Below the pieces are notes generated by a model. The model saw only the letters and a program-made list of their open reading frames with translations, did not search any database and was not told the origin of the DNA. The position numbers were made by a program, and so were the translations under genes. This document shows, piece after piece, positions 1-8,985 of a stretch of 64,000 nucleotides of DNA; within the stretch, counting starts at the first letter, position 1; each line of letters starts with the position of its first letter. The stretch is from IMG/VR virus record IMGVR_UViG_3300037346_000580, positions 1-64,000 of that record. The stretch is one strand, 5' to 3'. This DNA is from a virus. Its lineage: Duplodnaviria > Heunggongvirae > Uroviricota > Caudoviricetes.

Positions 1-3000
1 TTCCTGATGATCCACTAGTACCTGATGATCCACTGGTTCCTCTAGTTCCCGAAGTTCCTGATGATCCACTAGTACCTGATGATCCGCTAGTTCCTCTAGT
101 TCCCGAAGTTCCTGATGATCCACTAGTTCCTGAAGTACCTGATGATCCACTAGTTCCTGATGATCCACTAGTTCCTGATGATCCACTGGTTCCTCTAGTT
201 CCCGAAGTTCCTGATGATCCACTAGTACCTGATGATCCACTAGTACCTGATGATCCGCTAGTTCCTCTAGTTCCCGAAGTTCCTGATGATCCACTAGTTC
301 CTGAAGTACCTGATGATCCACTAGTTCCTGATGATCCACTAGTTCCTGATGATCCACTGGTTCCTCTAGTTCCCGAAGTTCCTGATGATCCACTAGTACC
401 TGATGATCCACTGGTTCCTCTAGTTCCCGAAGTTCCTGATGATCCACTAGTTCCTGAAGTTCCTGATGATCCACTAGTTCCTGAAGTACCTGATGATCCA
501 CTAGTTCCTGAAGTTCCTGATGATCCACTAGTTCCTGAAGTTCCTGATGATCCACTGGTACCTGATGATCCACTAGTTCCTGATGATCCACTGGTTCCTC
601 TAGTTCCCGAAGTTCCCGATGATCCACTAGTTCCTGAAGTTCCTGATGATCCACTAGTTCCTGAAGTACCTGATGATCCACTAGTTCCTGAAGTACCTGA
701 TGATCCACTAGTTCCCGAAGTACCTGATGATCCACTAGTTCCTGATGATCCACTAGTTCCTGATGATCCACTAGTTCCCGAAGTTCCTGATGATCCACTA
801 GTTCCCGAAGTACCTGATGATCCACTAGTTCCCGAAGTTCCACTAGTTCCTGATGATCCACTAGTTCCTGAAGTTCCTGATGATCCACTAGTTCCTGAAG
901 TTCCTGATGATCCACTAGTTCCTGATGATCCACTAGTTCCTGATGATCCACTGGTTCCTCTAGTTCCCGAAGTTCCTGATGATCCACTAGTTCCTGAAGT
1001 TCCTGATGATCCACTAGTTCCTGAAGTACCTGATGATCCACTAGTTCCTGAAGTTCCTGATGATCCACTAGTTCCTGAAGTTCCTGATGATCCACTGGTA
1101 CCTGATGATCCACTAGTTCCTGATGATCCACTGGTTCCTCTAGTTCCCGAAGTTCCTGATGATCCACTAGTTCCTGAAGTACCTGATGATCCACTAGTTC
1201 CTGAAGTACCTGATGATCCACTAGTTCCTGAAGTACCTGATGATCCACTAGTTCCCGAAGTACCTGATGATCCACTAGTTCCTGATGATCCACTAGTACC
1301 TGATGATCCACTAGTTCCCGAAGTTCCTGATGATCCACTAGTTCCAGAAGTACCTGATGATCCACTAGTTCCTGAAGTTCCTGATGATCCACTAGTTCCC
1401 GAAGTACCTGATGATCCACTAGTACCTGATGATCCACTGGTTCCTCTAGTTCCTGAAGTTCCTGATGATCCACTAGTTCCTGATGATCCACTAGTTCCTG
1501 ATGATCCACTGGTTCCTCTAGTTCCCGAAGTTCCTGATGATCCACTAGTTCCTGAAGTTCCTGATGATCCACTAGTACCTGATGATCCACTAGTTCCCGA
1601 AGTTCCTGATGATCCACTAGTTCCTGAAGTTCCTGATGATCCACTAGTTCCTGAAGTTCCTGATGATCCACTAGTTCCCGAAGTACCTGATGATCCGCTA
1701 GTTCCCGAAGTCCCTGATGATCCACTAGTTCCTGATGATCCACTAGTACCTGATGATCCGCTAGTTCCTCTAGTTCCCGAAGTTCCTGATGATCCACTAG
1801 TTCCTGAAGTACCTGATGATCCGCTAGTTCCTGATGATCCACTAGTTCCTGATGATCCACTAGTTCCTGATGATCCACTAGTTCCTGAAGTTCCTGATGA
1901 TCCACTAGTTCCTGATGATCCACTAGTACCCGAAGTACCTGATGATCCACTAGTTCCTGATGATCCACTAGTACCCGAAGTACCTGATGATCCACTAGTA
2001 CCTGATGATCCGCTAGTTCCCGAAGTTCCTGATGATCCACTAGTTCCTGAAGTTCCTGATGATCCACTAGTTCCTGAAGTTCCACTAGTACCTGATGATC
2101 CGCTAGTTCCCGAAGTTCCTGATGATCCACTAGTTCCTGAAGTTCCTGATGATCCACTAGTTCCTGATGATCCACTAGTACCTGATGATCCACTAGTTCC
2201 TGAAGTTCCTGATGATCCACTAGTTCCTGAAGTTCCTGATGATCCACTGGTACCTGATGATCCACTAGTTCCTGATGATCCACTGGTTCCTCTAGTTCCT
2301 GAAGTTCCTGATGATCCACTAGTTCCTGAAGTTCCTGATGATCCACTAGTTCCTGAAGTTCCTGATGATCCACTAGTTCCTGAAGTACCTGATGATCCAC
2401 TAGTTCCTGATGATCCGCTAGTTCCCGAAGTACCTGATGATCCACTAGTTCCCGAAGTACCTGATGATCCACTAGTTCCTGAAGTACCTGATGATCCACT
2501 AGTTCCTGATGATCCACTAGTACCTGATGATCCACTAGTTCCTGAAGTTCCTGATGATCCACTGGTTCCTCTAGTTCCCGAAGTTCCTGATGATCCACTA
2601 GTTCCTGAAGTTCCTGATGATCCACTAGTTCCTGATGATCCACTAGTTCCTGATGATCCACTAGTTCCTGATGATCCACTAGTTCCTGATGATCCACTAG
2701 TTCCTGATGATCCACTAGTTCCTGATGATCCACTAGTTCCTGAAGTACCTGATGAACCACTAGTTCCTGAAGTTCCTGATGAACCACTAGTTCCTGAAGT
2801 TCCTGATGAACCACTAGTTCCTGAAGTACCTGATGATCCACTAGTTCCTGATGATCCACTAGTTCCTGAAGTACCTGATGATCCACTAGTTCCTGATGAT
2901 CCACTAGTACCTGATGATCCGCTAGTTCCTCTAGTTCCTGAAGTACCTGATGATCCGCTAGTTCCTGATGATCCACTAGTTCCTGATGATCCGCTAGTTC

Positions 3001-3395
3001 CTGATGATCCACTAGTTCCCGAAGTCCCTGATGATCCACTAGTACCTGATGATCCACTGGTACCTGATGATCCACTGGTACCTGATGATCCACTAGTTCC
3101 TGATGATCCACTAGTTCCTGATGATCCACTAGTTCCTGATGATCCACTAGTACCCGAAGTACCTGATGATCCACTAGTACCTGATGATCCGCTAGTTCCC
3201 GAAGTTCCTGATGATCCACCAGTTCCTGAAGTTCCTGATGATCCACTAGTTCCCGAAGTACCTGATGATCCACTAGTTCCCGAAGTTCCACTAGTTCCCG
3301 AAGTTCCACTAGTACCTGATGATCCACTAGTTCCTGAAGTTCCACTAGTTCCTGATGATCCACTAGTTCCCGATGATCCGCTAGTTCCTGATGTA
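1..3395. repeat. Tandem array of 9/18/27-bp units (cctgatgatccactagtt / cctgaagtt variants), about 3.4 kb. Unit length is always a multiple of 9, so the reading frame is preserved throughout.
   Basis: Direct reading. More than 150 near-identical units. Variants fall mostly at codon third positions. There are no unique spacers, so this is not a CRISPR array. Confidence 0.95.
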
Positions 3396-3529
3396 CCGCC
3401 ACCTCCACTTAGATTCGCCAGTAGCCACTGATATCCACTCCAAATCCATAATTGCTGGATTCCGTTATCATTGGATAAAAATGCTTGACCTATTCGGGGA
3501 GATTGTGGATATTGAGCCAATTTGGAAAT
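1..3529 (-). CDS. Collagen-like repeat protein (Gly-X-Y: GTS GSS GTS GTR ...). Partial: the C-terminus lies beyond the window start. The N-terminal non-repeat region reads ...LAQYPQSPRIGQAFLSNDNGIQQLWIWSGYQWLLANLSGGGG. There is no in-frame ATG after the upstream TAA at 3530-3532, so a TTG start at 3518-3520 is possible. The plus-strand frame 0 is also open (PDDPLVPEV repeats) and ends at TGA 3429-3431.
   Basis: Manual translation of both strands. Glycine falls at every third codon for more than 1100 codons on the minus strand. Codon third positions coincide on the two strands, so the coding strand cannot be assigned with certainty. Confidence 0.45.
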   Translation of the reverse strand, partial: MSKLAQYPQSPRIGQAFLSNDNGIQQLWIWSGYQWLLANLSGGGGTSGTSGSSGTSGSSGTSGTSGTSGSSGTSGTSGTSGTSGTSGSSGTSGTSGSSGTSGTGGSSGTSGTSGSSGTSGSSGTSGTSGSSGTSGSSGTSGSSGTSGSSGTSGSSGTSGSSGTSGSSGTSGTSGSSGTSGSSGTSGSSGTSGSSGTSGTRGTSGSSGTSGSSGTSGSSGTSGTSGSSGTSGSSGTSGTSGSSGTSGTSGSSGTSGTSGSSGTSGTSGSSGTSGSSGTSGSSGTSGSSGTSGSSGTSGSSGTSGSSGTSGTSGSSGTSGTRGTSGSSGTSGTSGSSGTSGSSGTSGSSGTSGTSGSSGTSGTSGSSGTSGTSGSSGTSGSSGTSGTSGSSGTSGTSGSSGTSGTSGSSGTSGTRGTSGSSGTSGSSGTSGSSGTSGTSGSSGTSGTSGSSGTSGSSGTSGSSGTSGTSGSSGTSGTSGSSGTSGTSGTSGSSGTSGTSGSSGTSGTSGSSGTSGSSGTSGTSGSSGTSGSSGTSGTSGSSGTSGSSGTSGTSGSSGTSGSSGTSGSSGTSGSSGTSGTSGSSGTSGTRGTSGSSGTSGSSGTSGSSGTSGTSGSSGTSGTSGSSGTSGTSGSSGTSGTSGSSGTSGTSGSSGTSGSSGTSGTSGSSGTSGTRGTSGSSGTSGSSGTSGSSGTSGTRGTSGSSGTSGSSGTSGTSGSSGTSGTSGSSGTSGTSGSSGTSGTSGSSGTSGSSGTSGSSGTSGTSGSSGTSGTSGSSGTSGTSGSSGTSGTSGSSGTSGTRGTSGSSGTSGSSGTSGSSGTSGTSGSSGTSGTSGSSGTSGTSGSSGTSGTSGSSGTSGTRGTSGSSGTSGSSGTSGSSGTSGTSGSSGTSGTSGSSGTSGTSGTSGSSGTSGTSGSSGTSGTSGSSGTSGSSGTSGSSGTSGTSGSSGTSGTSGSSGTSGTSGSSGTSGTSGSSGTSGTRGTSGSSGTSGSSGTSGSSGTSGTSGSSGTSGTSGSSGTSGTSGSSGTSGTSGSSGTSGTRGTSGSSGTSGSSGTSGTRGTSGSSGTSGSSGTSGSSGTSGTSGSSGTSGTRGTSGSSGTSGSSGTSGSSGTSGTRGTSGSSGTSGSSGTSGSSGTSGTSGSSGTSGTRGTSGSSGTSGSSGTSGTRGTSGSSGTSGSSG

Positions 3530-3587
3530 TTAATTTAATCTATATATCGTCATCCGAGTAATTCCATTTAGTGTATAGTTATAAATT

Positions 3588-4760
3588 TTAATGACAATTA
3601 ATGTCATTGTTAATTTTCAACGCTTCTACGACCTCGTAACCTTGGTCTCTACGTTTGTTTTTGGTAAGGTCGTCTAAACTCCTACGACCTTCTTTTAATA
3701 TATTTTGACTTGCTAATTGGTCACGAGAATTTATTGCTCCGCAACTTGCGCAAACCCACTCTCTATCAGAAAGTTTTAACTCTTTATTTTTTACTCCACA
3801 TCCACAAGTTTTTGAAGAAGCATAATAACGGTTAACTTTATGTACTGTTTTACCGTACCAATCTGCTTTGTAAGTTAACATAGCTGTAAACTTTGACCAA
3901 CTTGCATCTGAAATACTCTTTGACATTAACTTACTCTCTAACATATCTTTAACTCCTAAATCCTCTATAAAAATAGTATCATAGTTGTTAATTAGTTGTG
4001 TTGAATAATTGTGTAAAAAGAAATCTCTTTGGTTTGTTGTCTTTTGATAAAGTTTTGCAATTTTTAATTTACATTTATCTCTACGTTTACTTCCTTTTTC
4101 TTTTCTTGCGAAGTGTTGTTGTAATCTTTTTAATTTAGCTTGGTTTTTGCTAAAGAATTTTGGATTACTAATCTCAATGCCATCGGATTGGGTTGAAAAA
4201 ACTTTTACACCTAAATCTAATGCACATTCTTTACCTGTTTTTAATTTATAATTAATTTCTTGTTCCACTAAAACTGAAGCAAAGTATTGACCACTTGAAT
4301 TAACTGAAACAGTTACAGACATAAACTTACCAGCTAAAGGTCTATCTAAAACTATTTTAATTTTGCCTATTTTCTCTAATCTTATTTTACCATCTTTTAT
4401 AGAGAATTTTTGGTTAGGTAGTCTAAAGGACTGTTTACTCTGTTTTTTCTTAAAGTTGGGTCTGCTTATAGTTGACTTTCTTGTTTTATTAAAGTATTGT
4501 TTTTTAAACTCTTTAAAATCTATTTCTTTTTGTTGTAAAATAGAAGCAGAAACTTCTTTTAACCAACTTACCTCTTCTTGGTTTCTGAATTGTGTAGAAG
4601 TGAGGTAAACAGGCTTTGGATTTTTTTCTACATCATAAGAATTAAAAACAGATGTCATATAGTTCCAAAAATATCGTGAACAACCAAAACTTTTACTTAG
4701 TAAAGTTTCTTGTTCTTGATTAGGATATATTCTGAATTTATATGATTTTAATTTATTCAC
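3588..4760 (-). CDS. tnpB: TnpB (OrfB_IS605/Fanzor-like RNA-guided nuclease family), 390 aa.
   Basis: N-terminus YKFRIYPNQEQETLL. RuvC-I ALDLGV, RuvC-II FIEDLG, zinc finger CGCG...CASCG, RuvC-III RDQLASQNI. All catalytic residues are present. Confidence 0.8.
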   Translation of the reverse strand: MNKLKSYKFRIYPNQEQETLLSKSFGCSRYFWNYMTSVFNSYDVEKNPKPVYLTSTQFRNQEEVSWLKEVSASILQQKEIDFKEFKKQYFNKTRKSTISRPNFKKKQSKQSFRLPNQKFSIKDGKIRLEKIGKIKIVLDRPLAGKFMSVTVSVNSSGQYFASVLVEQEINYKLKTGKECALDLGVKVFSTQSDGIEISNPKFFSKNQAKLKRLQQHFARKEKGSKRRDKCKLKIAKLYQKTTNQRDFFLHNYSTQLINNYDTIFIEDLGVKDMLESKLMSKSISDASWSKFTAMLTYKADWYGKTVHKVNRYYASSKTCGCGVKNKELKLSDREWVCASCGAINSRDQLASQNILKEGRRSLDDLTKNKRRDQGYEVVEALKINNDINCH

Positions 4761-5325
4761 CTATTGAATTTTTAATAATTTGTTCTGTTAATCTTTTACT
4801 TCTTCTTCTACCGTATAACCTTGCAACAAATGATGTTATTATAGAAACAAAATCTTGCATTAAATCATCTTCATCATTTGTTTGAGGATTAATTATTTCA
4901 ATTTTTCTTCCTTCTAACGCTAAAAGCTTCTGTATATAGTTTGTTCCAAATCGAGCTAACCTGTCCTTATGTTCTACAACTATAAGATTAATTGTCTTAT
5001 CCAATAAAATAGATTCTAATTTTTTACGTTCATCATTTAATCCTGAACCTATTTCAACAACTACTTTTGAAACATTATAACCTTTGGCATTACAGTAGGA
5101 AATTAACCTTTCTTTTTGTCTATTTAAATTATCTTTATTTTCAGAACTAGACACTCTAGCATAGACAGCAACTTTTAAATTTAGGTGCGCTTCTTCAACA
5201 ATTTCTACAAAAACTCTTCCTGTACTACTTTTAATAATATCTAATTCTCCTTTTGCAATCATTCTCCATAAAGTTCTAACAGAAACCCCTGACATTTTTG
5301 CGTATTTTGATAATTTTACTTTCAT
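4753..5325 (-). CDS. tnpA: IS607-type serine recombinase/transposase TnpA (MerR-like HTH plus resolvase catalytic domain).
   Basis: N-terminal HTH (VSVRTLWRMIAKGEL). Catalytic motif VYARVSSSENKD typical of serine recombinases. Confidence 0.75.
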   Translation of the reverse strand: MKVKLSKYAKMSGVSVRTLWRMIAKGELDIIKSSTGRVFVEIVEEAHLNLKVAVYARVSSSENKDNLNRQKERLISYCNAKGYNVSKVVVEIGSGLNDERKKLESILLDKTINLIVVEHKDRLARFGTNYIQKLLALEGRKIEIINPQTNDEDDLMQDFVSIITSFVARLYGRRRSKRLTEQIIKNSIGE

Positions 5326-5385
5326 ATATTTACTATTTCAATAACTGTGCCAAAGTACTTGATTGTCTCTAATTGTCATTAATTT

Positions 5386-6750
5386 TTATAAACTAATTAA
5401 ATATCTTATATAATTACCAATGCTGTCTTGTGTATTGTTCCAAGATAACCAAGTAGTACCATCTGTTGAATATTCCCAAGTTCCATACGCTGAAGTATCT
5501 ATGGTGTCACTAAAAATAAGTAAATTAGTTGATGAATCAAATAATCTCAGTTTTAAATCCGGTATATTGCCAGACCATGAGCTCACTTGTTGCCATGTAA
5601 ATATTTTGCTAGATGCTGATGATTTTGCAAGAGATGGTAAATAATGAGAATCTTGAGATCCGTCTTCATATATGCAACCAACACCATAAATTCTTGTAGG
5701 TACACAAACTTCACCTAAAATATCAAGTTCAAACATAAATTGAATATATTGTCCAGGTATATTTCCAGATATATCGCCATTTACACCAACTTCGGTCCAT
5801 GAACCGGTGTTATCATCAATACCAGAAGTTCTAAAATAAACTTTGTATGCCTCAGGTTGAAAACCTAGAGCATAAGATCCTAAATATTCTGCGTTATCTA
5901 CATATACTCTATACAGCTTTGTCGCGTCTGTCGTTGGAATCTTAGGCGCTATAATTCTTTGATTTGTTGATGATGCATAAAAAGCATCGGCAGCCATAGG
6001 AAAAGCAAAAAACCAGCTAAATTGTGTTATTGTTGATACCGGAATAGCAAACATATATCCACCCGCAGTCCAGATAGATAACGTGGATTGTGGGAATAAA
6101 CCGTCAGATGCACCTGGTGGGGTAGCTGATAATTTTTTTCTGTTTGTGTTAGTACCTACTATTTTATCAAATGGAATTGAACTAGAAGGATCATAATCAC
6201 CAACATAAACCCCTACTCGCCCTGCTCCTGTAGTTATAAAAATTCTATCCAATGTCTCGCTATAATCTATTTGAGCTAATGAATTTGTCAGTGTAAAAAC
6301 TGCATTGATTCCGCCAGGTGGAATCTCAATCATTGAGTCCGATATCCAACTAGTTGAGGATGCAATTATATCTGATACTTTAACTCGGTAAATTCTAGTA
6401 GATGTAACAAACCATAAGCACTTTACTCCATTAAATGGCCCATGATTTAAGGTAAATATTCTACCATTATTTAATTGAGAAATTAACCCAATTACTACAG
6501 CAGTAGCTGTTTTAAATTCAAATGCGCTTACACTAATTCCACCAACCACTGTCAATGGAGCACGTAAATTAAATTTATGAATTCTAGCATTTACTGTATT
6601 ATCTGCATTTAGAAAATATATGTCATGTCTACCATTATTTACAAAGTCGTCACTTCCTAATCCAGCACCTATTGTATAAAAACCAGTAAATACGGTATGT
6701 GTGCCGGATTGAGAGACATCCTCCTGCCATATCAACTGCCGATGCAGCAT
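5386..6750 (-). CDS. Putative tail fibre / receptor-binding protein (454 aa, rich in S/T/G/N/Y).
   Basis: Composition and length are typical of phage distal fibre domains. It is adjacent to the collagen-like repeat gene. No specific motif was recognised. Confidence 0.4.
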   Translation of the reverse strand: MLHRQLIWQEDVSQSGTHTVFTGFYTIGAGLGSDDFVNNGRHDIYFLNADNTVNARIHKFNLRAPLTVVGGISVSAFEFKTATAVVIGLISQLNNGRIFTLNHGPFNGVKCLWFVTSTRIYRVKVSDIIASSTSWISDSMIEIPPGGINAVFTLTNSLAQIDYSETLDRIFITTGAGRVGVYVGDYDPSSSIPFDKIVGTNTNRKKLSATPPGASDGLFPQSTLSIWTAGGYMFAIPVSTITQFSWFFAFPMAADAFYASSTNQRIIAPKIPTTDATKLYRVYVDNAEYLGSYALGFQPEAYKVYFRTSGIDDNTGSWTEVGVNGDISGNIPGQYIQFMFELDILGEVCVPTRIYGVGCIYEDGSQDSHYLPSLAKSSASSKIFTWQQVSSWSGNIPDLKLRLFDSSTNLLIFSDTIDTSAYGTWEYSTDGTTWLSWNNTQDSIGNYIRYLISL

Positions 6751-6850
6751 CCTGTACTATCTTATATGTTGTCTCCCATTTATAACCATCCTGATCTCCG
6801 AATATCAACGTGTTGTTATCCCATGGGAAATATACTCTATTCTCTGACAT
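6650..6850 (-). CDS. Small ORF (66 aa) overlapping the 5' 100 nt of the fibre-like gene in another frame. It may be the true N-terminus joined by a frameshift at the T-run ggttttta.
   Basis: The ORF starts at the first ATG after a divergent intergenic region. Frame B has a TAG two codons upstream of its ATG at 6750. Confidence 0.35.
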   Translation of the reverse strand: MSENRVYFPWDNNTLIFGDQDGYKWETTYKIVQDAASAVDMAGGCLSIRHTYRIYWFLYNRCWIRK

Positions 6851-6892
6851 TTACTGATTTTTATATCAGATATATATTCAAAAAAATAAATC

Positions 6893-7423
6893 ATGGAATT
6901 TAAAGGCCTAGCAGAAATACTTGATAAATTTACATTTGCCCAAAGAATATTAGCTCTTTTAATGTTACTTATGACCATAGTCCTTATTACACTTGGTCCA
7001 AAATTAATAGATGCATTAACGGTAAGCAATACTGAATGTATAGCAGAAACAAAAAGACAGAGCATAAGAATCTCTTATCTGGGGAAGGTTGTGGATACAC
7101 TTGATATAAAAATAATATCAAATCAGAGAAAGTTTACTAATGAGATAGCAAGAAGGGAATCTGAGTTTATAGCAATGCTGGACGAGCTTAAATTTGATAT
7201 AGATAAATCAAAAACAAAAAGGAACCCAAAAATACATCAGCTGGAGAAAAGAGAATATGATGGTAATGACGTGGTTGGTAGCGGTTCGGATCAACCGTTA
7301 GCAATGGAGAGAATACAAGAACCTGTGAGAGCGGATGAAAATGGGATTAACTCAAAAAAGGTCGATGTTATAGTAAAGAAGATAGAAACACTTAAAAAGA
7401 AAGTTAAAGATGATGCACATTAA
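6893..7423 (+). CDS. Membrane-anchored protein with an N-terminal TM helix (ILALLMLLMTIVLITLG), 176 aa.
   Basis: ORF plus hydrophobic segment. Confidence 0.5.
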   Translation: MEFKGLAEILDKFTFAQRILALLMLLMTIVLITLGPKLIDALTVSNTECIAETKRQSIRISYLGKVVDTLDIKIISNQRKFTNEIARRESEFIAMLDELKFDIDKSKTKRNPKIHQLEKREYDGNDVVGSGSDQPLAMERIQEPVRADENGINSKKVDVIVKKIETLKKKVKDDAH

Positions 7424-8111
7424 AATGTTTGAAAATTTTGAGCGAAATAATTCATTATTTTCTATTTGCGATAAACTTATAGGTGATTCCGATATATGGA
7501 AAAGAAATAGGGACAAGGTAAAGTCACTTGATCCTGATTTTGAACTAAGACAGATAAACGTTCCTGGCGTGGAGGCAAGCTTCGATGCAAATGAATCAAG
7601 ATCAAATAATATAATTATAGAAGTTGGACCAGGTAATGTCGACGATTCCACAATGGCGCACGAGCTTATTCATGCATTGCAGTTTATGGAGAGAGGTGAA
7701 TTAGATATATTTACGCAGGATGCAACAAGGGAGTTTTTAGTATTATCAGATGATAACGTTTGGGAATATTTTATGCTTGCAATCTATATGAGTGATGAAC
7801 TAGAAGCAGAAGCACAAAAGGCGGAGCTTAAATTCGGTTTACAGAAAACCCAAAAGGAAGTGATTGATTGGATAAAAATGAACACCCCTGAAAAAATAGC
7901 TAAACAAATATCCTTATTGGTACCAAATGACAATGAATTTGAACTTGAAAGCTTTGATGAATTTCCGGATCTATGGGTTAGCGTTTATTTAAACTATACA
8001 GATATTGGAATTGATAAATATCTGGAAGAACTAAAGGATAAATCATTATTGGAATTTGTTGCTTATTATTATCTAAAATTTAGCGCATTTATTAAATATA
8101 TGGAATCATAA
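7410..8111 (+). CDS. HExxH zinc-metallopeptidase-like protein (motif MAHELIHALQF).
   Basis: HELIH motif, ImmA/IrrE-like context. It overlaps the upstream gene by 14 nt. Confidence 0.5.
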   Translation: MMHIKMFENFERNNSLFSICDKLIGDSDIWKRNRDKVKSLDPDFELRQINVPGVEASFDANESRSNNIIIEVGPGNVDDSTMAHELIHALQFMERGELDIFTQDATREFLVLSDDNVWEYFMLAIYMSDELEAEAQKAELKFGLQKTQKEVIDWIKMNTPEKIAKQISLLVPNDNEFELESFDEFPDLWVSVYLNYTDIGIDKYLEELKDKSLLEFVAYYYLKFSAFIKYMES

Positions 8112-8143
8112 AAAAAGCCTGAGCATTACACTCAGGCTTTTTT
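8109..8143. terminator. Bidirectional rho-independent terminator (A7-GCCTGAGC...GCTCAGGC-T7) between convergent genes.
   Basis: Perfect 8-bp stem flanked by A-run and T-run. Confidence 0.7.
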
Positions 8144-8155
8144 TATTAACTCCGA

Positions 8156-8866
8156 TTATTTGTTAAACACAACGGTAATAGTAGCACCTGTTCTTTTAGC
8201 AATTCTTGAAAGTGCATCAAAATCTGTTTCTGTTATAGGTTGTACTTCAGAAATTATTTTTTCTTTCTTATCAGCAGGAACAGAAGCAACCTTCTCCACC
8301 ACTGGTAAATTTTTATTTTTAACTTTAGCTGCTCTCATTTTTTCCATCCTCAATAACATAGCAGCTTTCTTGTCATCAACCTTATGATCTTCAATTTTTT
8401 GGGCTGCTGCCTCCAATTTTTTCAATGTTGATTTTCTGATAGTAACTGCTGCTTCAGTTCTGTTTAAAATCATGCCGATAAATTTAGCAGAATTTCCCTG
8501 CGCATATAATGATAATAATTCTTTATCATCCTCACTAGACCATGATGATCTTGGTGACTTAACCTTTACTTGATGCTGGATTGGGGTTCTAGAGATCACT
8601 CTGATCGGTAACTCGTTTCTTTTTTTCTTTTTGTTTGTAGAAATTGATTTAGGAACATCAATTTCCCTACCCTTAGATGATTTCAAACGAACATCAACAT
8701 GCAGTGTATGTTTTCGTGTTGTTACTGCCATAATAGTTCGTCCCAATATTTTTGCAATCTCAGCGCCAGTAGCTCCACCTCTTGCCATTTTGATTAATGT
8801 TGAATCATCCGCAGTTGACCAGCCTCTTCTGTTAGAAGGTGCTTTAGGATTTCTTTTAATTTCCAT
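8156..8866 (-). CDS. DNA-binding protein with two HTH repeats (GATGAEIAKILGRTIMAVTTRKHTL and SAKFIGMILNRTEAAVTIRKSTL).
   Basis: Internal duplicated HTH-like segments. It is basic. It is preceded by the TTAATTG repeat leader and the conserved promoter. Confidence 0.5.
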   Translation of the reverse strand: MEIKRNPKAPSNRRGWSTADDSTLIKMARGGATGAEIAKILGRTIMAVTTRKHTLHVDVRLKSSKGREIDVPKSISTNKKKKRNELPIRVISRTPIQHQVKVKSPRSSWSSEDDKELLSLYAQGNSAKFIGMILNRTEAAVTIRKSTLKKLEAAAQKIEDHKVDDKKAAMLLRMEKMRAAKVKNKNLPVVEKVASVPADKKEKIISEVQPITETDFDALSRIAKRTGATITVVFNK

Positions 8867-8906
8867 ATTTGTTAATTGTTAATTGTTAATTGTTATAATT
8901 ACAATA

Positions 8907-8940
8907 CAAATATATGAAATAATCCCGAGATAAAAAAATT
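8907..8940 (-). promoter_or_regulatory. Conserved phage promoter motif, instance 1. On the minus strand it reads T7-ATCTCGGGATT-N-TTCATATATTTG-TATTGT.
   Basis: One of about 15 copies of CAAATATA(T)G...TTCGAATAAAAAAA (plus-strand reading) lying upstream of minus-strand genes. Confidence 0.55.
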
Positions 8941-8985
8941 ATTTTACATAAAGTTTCACGATATATAGATAAAATATATTAATTT

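Larger units (their letters stand above)
3540..5385 (-). mobile_element. IS607-family insertion sequence (tnpA serine recombinase plus tnpB). The boundaries are approximate.
   Basis: A MerR-HTH serine recombinase and a TnpB overlap by 8 bp in the canonical IS607 arrangement. The element sits between the repeat gene and a tail-fibre-like gene. Confidence 0.55.

Noticed and set aside
1-3395. CRISPR array
   Set aside because: The units are contiguous 9/18/27-bp coding repeats with no unique spacers, and long ORFs are open on both strands. It is a protein-coding tandem repeat.
4363-4608. Plus-strand ORFs nested antisense inside larger minus-strand genes (for example 4363-4608, 5420-5644, 8160-8387, 13413-14107, 52915-53436, 57590-58101, 60055-60420)
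   Set aside because: They lie entirely within better-supported minus-strand genes, are low-complexity and Leu/Phe/Ile-rich as expected from AT-rich antisense frames, and have no promoter motif.
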